Source: an uncultured delta proteobacterium
Lineage (GTDB): Bacteria > Desulfobacterota > Syntrophia > Syntrophales > UBA2185
Direction: 5' to 3'
DNA: 64,000 nt
NCBI GenBank assembly: GCA_963695875.1
Contig: CAVOID010000009.1
Span: forward strand, 64,001-128,000
Below the pieces are notes generated by a model, which searched no databases, was not told where the DNA came from, and saw only the letters and a list, made by a program, of their open reading frames with translations. A program made the translations under genes and the position numbers. Each line of letters starts with the position of its first letter. Within the stretch, counting starts at the first letter, position 1. Of the stretch, positions 62,446 to 64,000 are shown piece by piece.

Positions 62446-62925
62446 TTACGGGGTAGAGAGGATCGTTTCGAGCTCCTCCAGCAGGCCGATCTGGCCTTTC
62501 AGGATTTTTTCTTTGGCAGTGTTCAGCGAAAACCAGCCGGCTCGGTCTATTTCCGGGTATTCCCGCTCGACGCCTGAATGCGGCGGCCATTCCATGGAGA
62601 AGTAATTGCTCCTCACAGCCGAGGCATCCAAGTCTCCTTCGAGTGCCCACGCATACACGAGCTTGCCGCCCGGCTGTCTGACCGGCGTGAGTGTTACAAA
62701 TCGTCCATCCACTTTAAAACCCGTCTCCTCATCAAATTCCCTCATGGCGGCGGAAAGTGGTTCTTCTTCGGGTCCGATCTCCCCTTTGGGGATGGACCAT
62801 ACCCCGATATCCTTGTTAGCCCCGAACGGGCCGCCCGGATGAACAAGAAATACCTCCAGGACGCCATCATGATACCGATACAGCAGTATTCCCGCGCTTT
62901 TCTTTTCCACCTTTCGATTCCCCAA
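62446..62925 (-). CDS. NUDIX hydrolase
   Basis: LVHPGGP, WSIPKGE...AAMREFDEETG Nudix box, EWPP.SG...PEIDR. Confidence 0.93.
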   Translation of the reverse strand: MGNRKVEKKSAGILLYRYHDGVLEVFLVHPGGPFGANKDIGVWSIPKGEIGPEEEPLSAAMREFDEETGFKVDGRFVTLTPVRQPGGKLVYAWALEGDLDASAVRSNYFSMEWPPHSGVEREYPEIDRAGWFSLNTAKEKILKGQIGLLEELETILSTP

Positions 62926-63075
62926 TATCTCCTGCTTGTATGATAAGAGTATTTATTCCGCGGCAATCCGTGCAACCCTTGCAAGTATCAGAGCCGGTTA
63001 TATTAAGGCGCATGCCTATGATTCAATGGTTTTCATGGCCTGTTTTAACTTTTGTCTTGGCTGCAAAGTAGGTGC

Positions 63076-64000
63076 TTAACGTATTTTGCCTCTCGCCAGA
63101 GAAGCGAAAATGCCGCCGAAGCACAGAAGGCAGAGGATTATCAGCGAGCTGTGCATGCTTACCATGAACGAGGGATATTCCTCGGGTGTGATGGGGGCAT
63201 CTCCGATATGAAGTGTAAAAACCAGCATGACGATCCCCATGCTCAGCATCTGCCCCGTAAGCCGCATTGTGGCAAGTGTTCCGGATGCGACACCATAAAA
63301 CCGGTCTTCTACGGAACTCATTATGGCATTTGTGTTCGGTGATGAGAAGAGCGCGAAGCCAAGCCCCAGTATAAAAAGGACAGCGACAATGAAGAGAATG
63401 GATGCCCGGTTGTTAAGGAGGATCAAGAGTCCCAGGCCGAGGGCGGTGAGACTCATGCCTATCGAGGCGACAATCCGCGGCTCAATCCGGTCGGAAAGCC
63501 TCCCGGCAAAGGGTGAGAAAAAGGCCTGTATGACCGGCTGTACAACAAGGATCAAGCCGGAATGGAGCGGGCTGAATCCTTTGATATATTGCAGGTAGAG
63601 GCTAAGCAGAAAGGACACGGCGAAAGTGGCGCTATAATTGATCAGTGCCGCCAGGTTGGAGAAGACGAAGGCCGAATTATGGCGAAACAAAGTGATATCG
63701 AGAAGAGGATTCAGGACCTTCCTTTCCCGTAGCATGAATGTAATAATCAGGATAAGACCAATGATGATAAGCCAGATCCCGGGGGGTCGCGTGAGGGAAG
63801 ATATTCCATACATGATTGCTGCAAGCGCGCCCATGTAAAGGAAGGCACCCTTATAGTCGAAACGCTCATTTCTTGCCACGGCCCATTCTCCCCTAATCTT
63901 CCACAGGACGAGGACCAGAATGATGGCGCCGAGGGGAACATTGATCAGGAATATACTCCGCCAGCCAAAATGCTCGGTCAGGAACCCGCCCAAAAAGGGC
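63076..64000 (-). CDS. MFS transporter, DHA2/EmrB-like (5' part outside window)
   Basis: GWRSIFLINVP, AGRLSDR, FSSPNTNAIM; multiple TM segments. Confidence 0.92.
   Translation of the reverse strand, partial: PFLGGFLTEHFGWRSIFLINVPLGAIILVLVLWKIRGEWAVARNERFDYKGAFLYMGALAAIMYGISSLTRPPGIWLIIIGLILIITFMLRERKVLNPLLDITLFRHNSAFVFSNLAALINYSATFAVSFLLSLYLQYIKGFSPLHSGLILVVQPVIQAFFSPFAGRLSDRIEPRIVASIGMSLTALGLGLLILLNNRASILFIVAVLFILGLGFALFSSPNTNAIMSSVEDRFYGVASGTLATMRLTGQMLSMGIVMLVFTLHIGDAPITPEEYPSFMVSMHSSLIILCLLCFGGIFASLARGKIR

Overview
A mostly core-chromosome window from an anaerobic deltaproteobacterium (Desulfobacterota; Syntrophales-like by gene content and repeat style, which is an inference). In order: end of ctpA, a decayed divergent polysaccharide deacetylase, TPR and LolB-like lipoproteins, the tolQ-R-A-B-pal-cpoB operon, epmB-efp-epmA, a baeRF (Balon-like) protein, a CDF transporter, selB-yhaM, ruvX-mltG, the dcw cluster (mraZ to ftsZ, no ddl), a radical SAM protein, xth, ptsP, a HelY-like helicase and tRNA-Glu. 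After the tRNA comes an accessory region: a small DNA-binding protein, an aldo/keto reductase-ferredoxin, an SdhA/NadB-like flavoprotein, nikR, two USPs, bfr, a 2-oxoacid oxidoreductase, wrbA, a SOD fragment, a PAS kinase with two response regulators, a second pal, a NUDIX hydrolase and an MFS transporter. About 15 conserved genes, several essential, are split by single-base indels; these look like sequencing or assembly errors. The best novel signals are non-coding. (1) Three promoters (usp, wrbA, second pal) share an identically spaced GGTAG-N7-CTACC / -35 / -10 architecture next to a REC-PAS-LuxR regulator, suggesting an undescribed stress/dormancy regulon. (2) Tandem NrdR-like boxes sit inside the dcw cluster before murC-murB-ftsQAZ. 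(3) A small DNA-binding protein has the same 18-bp operator-like site in its leader and inside its own ORF. (4) A mutually exclusive RNA pairing covers the korB ribosome-binding site. All calls are by eye; no database searches were run.
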